This document shows, piece after piece, positions 26,938-36,813 of a stretch of DNA of 64,000 bases. Position 1 is the stretch's first letter. Each line of letters opens with the position of its first letter. A program made the translations under genes and the position numbers. Origin of the DNA: Candidatus Limnocylindrales bacterium (GTDB taxonomy: Bacteria; Moduliflexota; Moduliflexia; Moduliflexales; JAUQPW01); NCBI GenBank assembly GCA_035559535.1, contig DATMBG010000022.1, forward strand, positions 62,001-126,000. The letters run 5' to 3'. The notes below the pieces were generated by a model. That model did not search any database. It had not been told where the DNA came from and was given only the letters and a program-made list of their open reading frames with translations.

Positions 26938-27999
26938 ATGCCTATCTTTAAACCTGAAGAACTCAAACAGGCGAGCTCCGATGTTTTTCAAGCCGCCGGA
27001 GCTCCTAAAGCAGAAGCTGATTTAGTAGCCGATTTTCTGGTTAGAGCCAATCTGGCCGGTCATGACTCCCATGGGGTAATTCGGGTTCCCCAGTATGTTG
27101 GGGAGATCAAAGCCGGTCATCTGGTTCCCGGAGCACCCATTAAAATAGTTCAGGAAACCCCTTCTACCGCTCTTATTGACGGAAACTGGGGATTTGGTCA
27201 GGTCATAGCTAAAAGAGCTACGGAGATTGCCATTGAGAAGGCCCGCACTCAGAAAATTAGTATTGTAAATGTTTACAACTCCAACCATATTGGAAGACTT
27301 GGGGATTATCCCCATATGGCCGCCCAGCAAAACATGATTGGGATCATTATGGTAAATGCAGGAGGCGCGGGTCAAAGCGTAGCTCCTTTTGGAGGAACGG
27401 CCAAAAGATTGGCCACCAACCCTATTTCTATCGCCGTTCCAACGGCCGGAGAGGCTCCCCTTATTTTGGATATGGCAACCAGTGTGGTTGCAGAAGGAAA
27501 GGTACGCGTTAAAAGAAATCGTAAACAGAAGACACCGGATGGCTGGCTTATTGGGATTGATGGAAATCCTATCAATGATCCGGAGGCTCTCTACGCAAAT
27601 CCCCCTCGTGCCGCCATTTTACCCCTGGGAGGACTTACGGCAGGACATAAAGGTTATGGATTAGCCTTTATGATAGAAATTCTTACCGGAATTCTGGCCA
27701 GGAACGGTTATAGTAATGAAAAAGCATCCCGGATCAGTAACGGAACCGTCATCATTGCCATCGATGTGGCCGCCTTTATCCCGGTTGAAGAATTTAAACG
27801 TCAAGTCCTGGACCTGATCCGATACATCAAAACTTCTCCGTGTATGCCGGGAGTTGATGAAATTCTGGTACCCGGAGAACCGGAATATAAGGAAGAAAAA
27901 AAACGACTCAAAGAAGGAATTTTTGTAGAAGATGAAACCTGGAACCAGATTAAAAGGTTAGCCAAGGAATTGGGCCTCAAATCTTTTATTTCTAAGTAA
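26938..27999 (+). CDS. Ldh_2 family NAD(P)-dependent oxidoreductase (malate/sulfolactate/ureidoglycolate dehydrogenase-like)
   Basis: GHDSHGVIR, DGNWGFGQV, SNHIGRLG, TNPI, LDMATS, HKGYGL, VPGEPE. Confidence 0.9.
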   Translation: MPIFKPEELKQASSDVFQAAGAPKAEADLVADFLVRANLAGHDSHGVIRVPQYVGEIKAGHLVPGAPIKIVQETPSTALIDGNWGFGQVIAKRATEIAIEKARTQKISIVNVYNSNHIGRLGDYPHMAAQQNMIGIIMVNAGGAGQSVAPFGGTAKRLATNPISIAVPTAGEAPLILDMATSVVAEGKVRVKRNRKQKTPDGWLIGIDGNPINDPEALYANPPRAAILPLGGLTAGHKGYGLAFMIEILTGILARNGYSNEKASRISNGTVIIAIDVAAFIPVEEFKRQVLDLIRYIKTSPCMPGVDEILVPGEPEYKEEKKRLKEGIFVEDETWNQIKRLAKELGLKSFISK

Positions 28000-28015
28000 T
28001 TTACACAGGTCAATT

Positions 28016-28069
28016 GTAACGACTTTAGTCGTTACCTGTACAGACCTCCCGGAACGACTAAAGTCGTTA
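28016..28069. repeat. REP doublet
   Basis: gtaacgactttagtcgttac and its inverted partner aacgactaaagtcgtta between convergent genes. Confidence 0.7.
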
Positions 28070-28075
28070 TTATTT

Positions 28076-28405
28076 TCAGTAAACGAGAATACGTCCACAG
28101 TATTCGCAGAAAGTGAGTTCTCCTCGATTTTTAAGCGCATTGAGAGAAAGACTGGATATTCCTATGTTACAGGAAGAACATGAATTATCGACGACCTTAG
28201 AGAGAACACTTCCTTTATAGCGGGTTTGAAGCCTTTCAAAAGCTCTTCGGAACTTCTCATCGATTTGGCCTACAATATCTTCCCGATTTCTCATGAGTTC
28301 AGATAAAAGCTTAGGCGTTTCCCCATTCCTCGAAGGATTCTCCTGCAAAGATCCAATTTGCTCGTCGATTCGATTCAATTCAGATAATAAAGCTAATTGA
28401 TGCAT
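28076..28405 (-). CDS. Short C4-type zinc-ribbon protein (DUF164/FlgZ/CdsZ-like, coiled coil mostly missing)
   Basis: CSSC...FCEYCGRIL; N-terminal LLSELNRIDEQI; SD aaggag. Confidence 0.8.
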   Translation of the reverse strand: MHQLALLSELNRIDEQIGSLQENPSRNGETPKLLSELMRNREDIVGQIDEKFRRAFERLQTRYKGSVLSKVVDNSCSSCNIGISSLSLNALKNRGELTFCEYCGRILVY

Positions 28406-28713
28406 GGCTTGTTTCTCCTTATGATTATTTAAAATCTAATAAATCTTGGATTTCACTTTCTCAAATTTTATCGCGCAGCCGGCTTTTATCTGCTTTCTAG
28501 CTTTTCCCACCCTCGCCGCCTTTCACCCTTCCCCGGCATATTGCGTTTGAAAATAATCCGAATAAAAATTCCTCCTCCTCAATAGATCCTCTTTCTAATC
28601 TGAAGGGAGGTAATGATTCTTTTTAGATCTCCTTTCCTTCAATCTCCTCAGGCTACTTAGGACCTCTCCGTAGCACTTTTTATATCTCACGTCTGGCTGC
28701 AATTCTTAAGTAT

Positions 28714-28729
28714 AGCAAGGTTAATACCA
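28714..28729 (-). promoter_or_regulatory. sigma54 (-24/-12) promoter
   Basis: Minus strand TGGTATTAACCTTGCT (GG-N10-GC). Confidence 0.65.
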
Positions 28730-28833
28730 GGATTTTTGTTTCAGATTGGTATAAGATTCAAAGCCTGAAAAGCAAATCTGACAGGGTAGGACTGCAATTA
28801 GCGATTCCAGAGTGGATATTTTTTTCTTTTCGG

Positions 28834-28948
28834 AAGGGATATGTCATACTGACATATCCCTTGGGGGATTTCCAGAAGATCGTGTCATTTTGACAAAGTT
28901 TGGGAAAGAAATTTCAGGGTAAACGGGGAGTTATGTCTTTTTGACATA
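28834..28948. promoter_or_regulatory. Three palindromic TGTC(A/T)-N3-TGACA sites (candidate enhancer/UAS)
   Basis: 28834-28862 (13-bp perfect arms), 28883-28895, 28932-28948. Confidence 0.7.
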
Positions 28949-29122
28949 GTTTTAAGCCGGCAAAGGTCTTAGAAAAAACTATTGACTTTTGAGCAAATTT
29001 ATTATGGAATAAATACAAAAGTTATTAAAAAATTCAAATAAGGAAATCACTAAAAGCAGCTTAATAACTTTCCGTTGCGTCGATAGCGGTTGAGTCGATG
29101 GAGGGATGGGGGAGAGCAAGTT

Positions 29123-30715
29123 ATGTTAGACCTTATTTTGGAGAAAGGAACTATTATAGATGGCTCCGGGCGTAGTCGATATGCGGCCGATGTAGGGATT
29201 GACAGCAATGAAATTGTCGAAATTGGAGATCTGTTTGAAGTAGAAGCGTATCAACGCATTAATTGTACGGGATTGGTTATTTGTCCAGGATTCCTGGATA
29301 TGCACAGCCATTCGGAGCTCATGCTCCTTAAAAAGCCTTCTGCCTCACCAAAAATTAGACAAGGAATCACCACAGAACTTCTTGGGCAGGATGGAATCTC
29401 GGTAGCCCCTGTGAGCGAGAAGACCATTCCCCAATGGAAAACTCAGCTTGCGGGGATTCTCGGCGATGGGGAGGTGGAATGGACATGGCGAAGTATTGAC
29501 GATTATTTGAACCGATTAAACCGGAGAACCGCCGTAAATGTGGCGATGCTGGTACCCCATGGTAATTTAAGGGCCGAAGTGATGGGCATGGAAAATCGAG
29601 AACCGACCGATCAGGAACTGACCACCATGACCCGACTGCTGGAGGAGTCTCTCCAGCAGGGAGCTTTTGGTATGTCTACGGGGCTCATTTATCCCCCTTG
29701 CTGTTATGCCAAGACTCCGGAATTAATCAAGCTCTGTGAAGTAGTAGCCCGACACGAAGGGATATTCGTTGTTCACCTCCGAAGTGAATTCGATTTTATT
29801 GTGGAGGCCGTTAAAGAAATCCTGGAAGTTGGGATAGCCACCCAGGTTCCCATTCACTTCTCCCATATGAAGGTAGCCGGTTCAGCCAACCGACCCAAGC
29901 TTGGGGAGGTCCTTCAGTTGATCAACGCCCATATCGATAAGGGAATGGATATTACCTGCGATCAATACCCTTATACAGCCGGAAGTACAACTCTGGGAGC
30001 TGTTTTACCCCCCTGGGTTTATGAGGGAGGAGTTCAGAAAGCCATTGAACGACTTAAAGATCCAAAGTCCCGGGCAGAGATTCGGGCGAGTATCGATCAG
30101 AAAGGTCCTTTTCCTTGGGATAATTTTATCCAGGCAGTAGGATTTGAAAACATCTTTATCACCGACGTCCCGTCTGAAAAAAATAAAAATCTGATAGGAA
30201 AAAATCTTATCACCGCAGCCCGTATGCTTGAGAAAGATCCCTATGATTTTATTTTTGACCTCCTGGTCGAAGAGAATCTGGGAGTTTCGATGGTTGTCTT
30301 TAGTATCCATGAAGAAGACATTACAACGATCATGAAACTTCCTTATCAAATGGTCGGAACAGATGGACTGTTAGGGGGAAGACCCCACCCAAGAGCTTAT
30401 GGTACCTATCCTCGAATCCTGGGGAGATACTGCCGGGAGAAGGAAGTTTTAACCTTGGAGGAAGCGATTCGTAAAATGACTTACCTGCCCGCTAAACGCC
30501 TGGGGTTAAAACATGAAGGGTTGATAGAGGAAGGAATGCGGGCTAATATTACTGTTTTTAATCCGGAAACGGTTATAGATCGGGCAACTTATGAAGATCC
30601 TACTCAATATCCACGGGGTATTGAATATGTGATTGTGAATGGAACTTTGGTGGTAGATGAAGGGGAGCAGCGAGAGGTTCTACCGGGTCGTGCCTTTCGA
30701 AAAGGCTCCGTATAG
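29123..30715 (+). CDS. N-acyl-D-amino-acid deacylase (D-aminoacylase family amidohydrolase)
   Basis: PGFLDMHSHS, QGITTELLGQDG, STGLIYPP, SHMK, DQYPYTAGST, HPRAYGTYPR. Confidence 0.92.
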   Translation: MLDLILEKGTIIDGSGRSRYAADVGIDSNEIVEIGDLFEVEAYQRINCTGLVICPGFLDMHSHSELMLLKKPSASPKIRQGITTELLGQDGISVAPVSEKTIPQWKTQLAGILGDGEVEWTWRSIDDYLNRLNRRTAVNVAMLVPHGNLRAEVMGMENREPTDQELTTMTRLLEESLQQGAFGMSTGLIYPPCCYAKTPELIKLCEVVARHEGIFVVHLRSEFDFIVEAVKEILEVGIATQVPIHFSHMKVAGSANRPKLGEVLQLINAHIDKGMDITCDQYPYTAGSTTLGAVLPPWVYEGGVQKAIERLKDPKSRAEIRASIDQKGPFPWDNFIQAVGFENIFITDVPSEKNKNLIGKNLITAARMLEKDPYDFIFDLLVEENLGVSMVVFSIHEEDITTIMKLPYQMVGTDGLLGGRPHPRAYGTYPRILGRYCREKEVLTLEEAIRKMTYLPAKRLGLKHEGLIEEGMRANITVFNPETVIDRATYEDPTQYPRGIEYVIVNGTLVVDEGEQREVLPGRAFRKGSV

Positions 30716-30921
30716 TGGAACTTGCATCCAGGAGTCCCTTGCGGACGATTTGTGAAGTTCTGGAGTATGAAGGGCGGCTCCCGGAAATAAGATCCCATTT
30801 GAGATAGACCTAAGGGATTAAGCCTTGGTCCTTCTTCAGATACCGGATGGATAAATGCCCAGGTTCTAGGAGCCTGCCCAGAGCTAATCGAAGGTAGGGA
30901 AGGGAAAAGAGGCCATTTTAA

Positions 30922-31575
30922 ATGGAAGATTTTGAAAACTCTAAATTTACTGATTCATCCCAACTACCGGAAAGTCTTCCCATGTTTCCTCTTCCCAATG
31001 TGGTTTTATTTCCCAACATGCTTTTGCCCCTCTATATCTTTGAACCCAGATACAAGAAAATGATTCATGATTGTCTAAGGGGTAACAGGCTTCTCGGGAT
31101 TATTCTACTCAGAAAGGATTGGGAAAAAGAGGAGGGAGATCCTACCCCTTATGAAGTAGGGGGAATGGGGCAAATTATTAAATCCACGAAACTCCCCAAT
31201 GGAAACATGAATATCCTGGTTCGAGGGGTGAGTAAAATTAGAATTTTGGAGTATTTGGAGGCAGATGAGCCGTATCGGGTAGCCAGAATTGAAGGCATAA
31301 GGGATCGGTTTGAGCCCTCAGAAGACTTGACGAATCTTACCCAACAACTGGTTAAAATGTTTAAACAAGTCATTTCTTTCCGGTATAAGCAGGCCGATCG
31401 TATCCTTTCCTCTTTAGATCTCCTGGTAGACCCACAAGATATTGCTTATTTCGTTGTATCCATCCTGGCTTTGGATGTTCATGAAAAACAAATCCTTCTG
31501 GAAACCTTTTCCGGAGAAGAGCAAATTCGCAAGTTGATTCGATTTTTGATGCGGGATCTGGCAATTTGGAACTGA
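30922..31575 (+). CDS. LON peptidase N-terminal (substrate-binding) domain protein
   Basis: LPMFPLPNVVLFP...LPLYIFEPRY; no AAA or protease domain. Confidence 0.88.
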   Translation: MEDFENSKFTDSSQLPESLPMFPLPNVVLFPNMLLPLYIFEPRYKKMIHDCLRGNRLLGIILLRKDWEKEEGDPTPYEVGGMGQIIKSTKLPNGNMNILVRGVSKIRILEYLEADEPYRVARIEGIRDRFEPSEDLTNLTQQLVKMFKQVISFRYKQADRILSSLDLLVDPQDIAYFVVSILALDVHEKQILLETFSGEEQIRKLIRFLMRDLAIWN

Positions 31576-31668
31576 AAGACAGGGGAGTCGCAGGTGGAAG
31601 ACAGGGAAACAGCAAGAAAAACTGTTTCCTTTCCCCTACCTGCTATTCCCTGTCCTCTGGTATTGACC

Positions 31669-32334
31669 ATGCAATTCAAAAACGACACAGAGATGTTCAA
31701 TAAAATGACGGAAAAACTTTACTCCTCGGTTATTTCTGATATTTTAGATGGACTGGGAATTCGGCAACACACATTGAGCCGTCAAATTCGTCCCCTTTAT
31801 GACGGAATCGTTCTCACCGGAAGAGCCATGCCGATTTTGATGGCAGATGTTTTTGAAATCTATCCAGAACCCTATAAACTGATGATTGAAGCCATGGATA
31901 GCTTAAAAGAAGGACAAATTGCTCTGGTCTGCGCCAACGGATCTACCCGGGCTGCCCTCTGGGGGGAATTATTTTCAACAGCTACCCGAGCCCGAGGTGC
32001 ACGGGGTGTGATTATCGATGGTCTTTGCCGGGACGTTCGCGTAATTCGGGAAATGCGTTTCCCGGTCTTTGCCATCGGGGTAAGTCCCTTAGATTCTATG
32101 GGCCGAAGCGTCGCCATCGCTTACAATTGCCCTGTGGAGTCCGGAGATGCCACCATTCACCCAGGGGATATTCTCTTTGCCGATCCAGATGGAATCGTTG
32201 TAATTCCAAGGGCCGTTGAAAAGGAAGTGATCACCCGGGCTTTTGAGAAGGTGGAAAAAGAAAACCTCGTACGGGAAGAACTCCAACGAGGCATGTTACT
32301 GGGAGAAGCCTGGAGAAAATATAAGGTTTTATAA
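31669..32334 (+). CDS. RraA/HMG-aldolase family protein
   Basis: SDILD, WGELFST...RGARGVIIDG.CRD, PGDILFADPDGIVVIP; start set at MQFKND. Confidence 0.85.
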   Translation: MQFKNDTEMFNKMTEKLYSSVISDILDGLGIRQHTLSRQIRPLYDGIVLTGRAMPILMADVFEIYPEPYKLMIEAMDSLKEGQIALVCANGSTRAALWGELFSTATRARGARGVIIDGLCRDVRVIREMRFPVFAIGVSPLDSMGRSVAIAYNCPVESGDATIHPGDILFADPDGIVVIPRAVEKEVITRAFEKVEKENLVREELQRGMLLGEAWRKYKVL

Positions 32335-32420
32335 AAGCCTCCTACGGCTTGCTTAAGAGGGGCCGAAGTTTTTAAGCGCCTAAAATACCTGGAGGGTCTT
32401 TTCACTTTAGTTTACTTTAA

Positions 32421-33923
32421 CTACACAAAAATAATCTGATCCCCTAATCCGAACTCCTGTTCCAGATTATAAAGTTTTCCATGGACCTCCCCTTCTCCCC
32501 TTGCAATGGTCAACTTGCGAGATCGAACATCCTCAACCCACCTGGGATTTGCAGCTTCGGCTCGTTTATGGGCAATGATTTCCAGGAACTCCCGTTCGAT
32601 GAGTTCTCTTTGTAGGGAAGCCTCTTTTTTTTTACGGGCTTCCAGAATCTGAAATTTGGTTTCTTCAGCGATACTTCCATTCTGAACCACAATATCAAAC
32701 ATTAAAGATAATCCCCGCTCGGTTTTAAGGTTGTATTCCTTAAAAAAACTTTTGGCTTTGTTGAGGAGGGTTTTGGCGAACTCGATCTGGACATCTTGAA
32801 ATTCGGGTTCTTTTCCCAGGGCCTTAAAGCGGCTGCGCCACGGTTCCAGGATTCGACTTTTGGAGTCATTCAGGGACCTGGCAAACTGGACTTGGGCACT
32901 CAGGTTGTTGGAGTTGAGAACGGCTAAAAGGAGATCGGTTCCATCCTTAAAAATCCCTCTAAATTTCCCGGGGTTTTTGGTAAACATGCTCTTCAAGAGA
33001 GGTTGTAGACTTCTTTTACCGAAATTCCACTGGAGAAAACCAAAAGAGAGGCCCTGACCGTCAAAATTTCCGGCTAAATTAGAAAATCCATCCCCTCCCT
33101 CAAAGGCTCCGGTGATATTAAAGATCTTTCTTGTCATAACAGCCATGGCGTCTGTATCCGGTAGAAGTATGGGGGGGTCCGGTGATAAACCGAATCCCAG
33201 GATCCATCCCTTACGGTCATCATCAAGTTGTACCTGATACCAAGGCCCTTTAACCGTGGTAAATCTAACATGGGTCCCGTAAGGTAAGACGGAAATGAGG
33301 GACCTATCGACAAGATCCGACCAGAGCTCCACGCTTTCTTTGGTTACGTAAAGGTCGGCGGGAACCTCCGTTTGGGATAATACCAGCCCAGAGATCCAAC
33401 CTTCCTGATGATCGGTAAGCCTTGTTTTATACCAGATTCCTTCCCGTTCACCTAAAGAGGTAACCTGGGTTCCGTAGAATAAGATTCCTAAGATATTATC
33501 CGGGCCGGTCCTTGGCGTCGAACGGAAATTCACGACCCTGGCTTTTACATAGAGAGATTGAATCTGGGTATCCGGCATATCTTCTAAGGTAAGGGTGAGG
33601 GTATAGTCTCCGACTTCAAATCGAATCGGTTGTTTTGCAAGGATTTCCAAAATGGTTTGTAAAACAGAGCCGGTATATCCCAGAGTCGGAAGGATTTTTT
33701 CGGGTCCTGGAATTTCTACATCGATGGAACTCAACATAGAACCATCGGAGGCCAAAATGGGGATTGTATAATGTCCTGGAGTGAGTTTTTTTAGATCTCC
33801 GTATTTCTGTTCGGCCGATAGAAGAAGCTTTTTTACGGCGCCAGCTCCATAACCCTCCTGTTTTAAGACTTCTTCCAGGGAAGGAATTCTAAACCGGATA
33901 AAGACTTTATTTTCAGAGGGCAT
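32421..33923 (-). CDS. SH3b-domain protein with C-terminal lysozyme-like (putative peptidoglycan hydrolase) domain
   Basis: Two SH3b repeats (VNFRSTP...WYKTRL....GWI; WYQVQLDDDRKGWI); TGAFEG...GNFDGQGLSFGFLQWN. Confidence 0.7.
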   Translation of the reverse strand: MPSENKVFIRFRIPSLEEVLKQEGYGAGAVKKLLLSAEQKYGDLKKLTPGHYTIPILASDGSMLSSIDVEIPGPEKILPTLGYTGSVLQTILEILAKQPIRFEVGDYTLTLTLEDMPDTQIQSLYVKARVVNFRSTPRTGPDNILGILFYGTQVTSLGEREGIWYKTRLTDHQEGWISGLVLSQTEVPADLYVTKESVELWSDLVDRSLISVLPYGTHVRFTTVKGPWYQVQLDDDRKGWILGFGLSPDPPILLPDTDAMAVMTRKIFNITGAFEGGDGFSNLAGNFDGQGLSFGFLQWNFGKRSLQPLLKSMFTKNPGKFRGIFKDGTDLLLAVLNSNNLSAQVQFARSLNDSKSRILEPWRSRFKALGKEPEFQDVQIEFAKTLLNKAKSFFKEYNLKTERGLSLMFDIVVQNGSIAEETKFQILEARKKKEASLQRELIEREFLEIIAHKRAEAANPRWVEDVRSRKLTIARGEGEVHGKLYNLEQEFGLGDQIIFV

Positions 33924-33928
33924 AGGCT

Positions 33929-36163
33929 TTATCCTTTCTGCTCTGCCATCAAACCTTCAATGGGATTTTTACTGACGGTTACGACCTCCTTAACCTGGTA
34001 GATACTTCGGATAACCCGATCTAAATGCTGACGATTTTTAATGCTAAGAACAAATTGAAAGTTGGCCTGTTTGATATCCTCGATGGTTTCACTTTTCACG
34101 CTTATAATATTAGTATTTGTTTTAGCAATGGCAGTGGTGATCTCGGCCAGTAAACCGGGTTTATCTCGAGAGGTGATATAGATTTGAGTTGGATAGGTGA
34201 TTTCTGTTTCCTCCAGATCCCACTCCACATCGATTTTTCGCTCCAAATCAAGTTGAATAGCCTGAGCATTGGGACACTCCATGGTATGAATGGTAATTCC
34301 TCGTCCTCGGGTAATATAGCCGATGATCTGGTCTCCTGGAAGGGGATTACAACACTGAGCAAATCGGGTTAAAATATTTCCAACCCCTTTGACTTTGATG
34401 GCCCGGTCTTCCTTTGCAGCCTCAATCTTGGGTTTATCGGAAGAAGGGGTTTTCAGAGGTTTTTCAACTTTGCTGACTGCTTTATCTTCTTCTTGCTTTT
34501 TCTTGAGTTCTTCTTCCGGGAAAAGCTTTTGGACTACCTGATGCGCCGTGGTTTTACCAAACCCGATGCTAGCAATAAGATCCTCCTCGGTATGAAACCC
34601 TAATTCTATTGCGACATCCTTCAGCTTTTCCAGCTTATCAACCCGAGAGATTTTATATCCGGCCTTCTGAAGTTCTTTAACCAGCAGTTCCCGACCTATG
34701 ACGATGCTTTCTTCTTTTTGTTTTAAACGCAACCATTGCTTGATCCGATTTTTTGCCCTGGAGGTTTTAACAAAGGATAACCAGTCTGCACTGGGGAAGT
34801 GATTCTTTTGGGTTAAGATCTCCACTGTATCTCCGGTTTGAAGTTCATATCTTAAAGGGACGATCCGACCGTTGACCTTTGCACCCACACACTGGTGGCC
34901 CACCTCGGAGTGAATCGCATAGGCAAAGTCTACCGGCGTAGACCCCTTGGGAAGTTCTTTAACTTCTCCCTTGGGAGTAAAAACATAAACCTCATCTGGA
35001 AAGAGGTCTATTTTAAGGGTTTCTATGAATTCCCTGGAATCGCTGGACTCGGTTAGAGATTCTTGAAGCTGCTGGGTTAAGCGCTGCCGTAATTCAGCAA
35101 CTTTCTTATCGTACTCTTCGTCGGGTTTTTTTCCTTCTTTATAACGCCAGTGAGCGGCGATTCCCTCTTCAGCCGTTCGGTTCATCTCCCAGGTCCGAAT
35201 CTGAAACTCAACCGGTTTACCTTGAGGTCCTATAACGGCCGTATGTAGGGATTGATAACCGTTGGGTTTAGGAAGAGCAATGTAATCGTCAAAACTACCC
35301 GGAATGGGCCGCCAGATGGAGTGAACGATACCTAAAATACTATAACAATCACTCACCGTTTCAGTGATGATCCTCAAACCAACAATATCCAGGATCTCAT
35401 CGAAACCGACCTTTAATCGGGTCATCTTTTTGTAGATACTGTACAGATGTTTAGGCCGTCCCGTTATTTGGGCTTTAATTCCCACCCTGGCCAGTTTTCC
35501 TTCGATGATTTGTTTACACTTTTCGATGGTATCATAACGATACTGTCGTTTTTCTTGAATCTGCCGTTCCAGATTATTATAAACTTCCGGTTGAAGATAT
35601 TTGAGGCAAAGATCCTCTAATTCCATCTTGATCCGGCCTAACCCCAGTCGATTCGCCAGGGGAGCATAGATATCCAAAGTTTCCTGGGCAATCCGAATTT
35701 GACTGGCTTCCGGGGCATATCCCAGAGTCCTCATGTTATGAAGTCGATCCGCCAGCTTGATGATGATGACCCGGATATCCTTGGTCATGGCCAGCATCAT
35801 TTTGCGAAGGTTCTCGGCCTGATATTCCTCCCGACTGGTAAACTGAATCTTACTAAATTTAGTTACCCCATCGACCAGCAAGGCTATTTCCGGACCGAAG
35901 ATATCTTCGATCTGCTGAATGGTGGTATCGGTATCCTCGACGACATCATGAAGCAGTCCGGCCACTACCGAGGGGATATCCATTTTCATTTCGGCTAAGA
36001 TGTAGGCCACTTCTAAGGGATGCGAGAGATAAGGTTCACCGGATAAACGAACCTGTCCTTTATGGACCTTTGCAGCAAAGACATAGGCCGTATCCAGCAT
36101 GCGGGTATCTGCCTGGGGATAGTAAGATTGGACAAGCTCGATAATATCCGTAATACGACGCAT
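33929..36163 (-). CDS. relA: Bifunctional (p)ppGpp synthetase/hydrolase (long RSH)
   Basis: HD domain LLHDVVEDT, KLADRLHNMRT, RPKHLYSI, NGYQSLHT, EFQIRT, TGS, CC and ACT domains. Confidence 0.96.
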   Translation of the reverse strand: MRRITDIIELVQSYYPQADTRMLDTAYVFAAKVHKGQVRLSGEPYLSHPLEVAYILAEMKMDIPSVVAGLLHDVVEDTDTTIQQIEDIFGPEIALLVDGVTKFSKIQFTSREEYQAENLRKMMLAMTKDIRVIIIKLADRLHNMRTLGYAPEASQIRIAQETLDIYAPLANRLGLGRIKMELEDLCLKYLQPEVYNNLERQIQEKRQYRYDTIEKCKQIIEGKLARVGIKAQITGRPKHLYSIYKKMTRLKVGFDEILDIVGLRIITETVSDCYSILGIVHSIWRPIPGSFDDYIALPKPNGYQSLHTAVIGPQGKPVEFQIRTWEMNRTAEEGIAAHWRYKEGKKPDEEYDKKVAELRQRLTQQLQESLTESSDSREFIETLKIDLFPDEVYVFTPKGEVKELPKGSTPVDFAYAIHSEVGHQCVGAKVNGRIVPLRYELQTGDTVEILTQKNHFPSADWLSFVKTSRAKNRIKQWLRLKQKEESIVIGRELLVKELQKAGYKISRVDKLEKLKDVAIELGFHTEEDLIASIGFGKTTAHQVVQKLFPEEELKKKQEEDKAVSKVEKPLKTPSSDKPKIEAAKEDRAIKVKGVGNILTRFAQCCNPLPGDQIIGYITRGRGITIHTMECPNAQAIQLDLERKIDVEWDLEETEITYPTQIYITSRDKPGLLAEITTAIAKTNTNIISVKSETIEDIKQANFQFVLSIKNRQHLDRVIRSIYQVKEVVTVSKNPIEGLMAEQKG

Positions 36164-36321
36164 AGGAAATGATAAATGATCGGTAAGGGAATGTATAATG
36201 GTTTTTGTTACAAGACTTTTGCAGTTTTGTATAGTACTTCTTTATCTTACTTTAAGGTTCCATTTTGCAAAAATCCAGTTGTTAGTCCTCATTATAAATT
36301 ACCAGCTTGGTGGATTAATAG

Positions 36322-36813
36322 TTACTTATGAAAAGTTTTAAATTTCTCTTGCAGCTTCTTCTCCACAATCTCCGGTACAAGTCCCTTGACACTCCCCCCA
36401 AGGCTGATAACCTCTTTGACAATCCGGGAACTTAGAAAAGAGTATTCATCATTGGGCATCATAAAAACCGTTTCTACCGATGGATTGAGCCTTCGATTCA
36501 TAAGAGCCATTTGGAATTCATATTCAAAGTCGGATACGGCCCGGATGCCTCGAATAATTGTTGTAGCCTTACGTTGGATGGCGTAATTAACCAGGAGTCC
36601 CTGAAAAGAATCGACTTCAAAGCGTTCCCAGTTTCCGATTGCCTCCTTGATCATTTCAATGCGTTCTTCAAGGGTAAAGAGTGGCTTTTTCTCCGGGTTA
36701 TTAGATACTGCCATGATGACTTTATCAAAGATATTTAAACTTCTCTGTACCACATCGATATGACCATTGGTAATAGGGTCAAAGGTTCCTGGGTAAATGG
36801 CTATGCGCTCCAT
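36322..36813 (-). CDS. coaD: Phosphopantetheine adenylyltransferase
   Basis: YPGTFDPITNGH, RGIRAVSDFEYE, SSRIVKE. Confidence 0.97.
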   Translation of the reverse strand: MERIAIYPGTFDPITNGHIDVVQRSLNIFDKVIMAVSNNPEKKPLFTLEERIEMIKEAIGNWERFEVDSFQGLLVNYAIQRKATTIIRGIRAVSDFEYEFQMALMNRRLNPSVETVFMMPNDEYSFLSSRIVKEVISLGGSVKGLVPEIVEKKLQEKFKTFHK

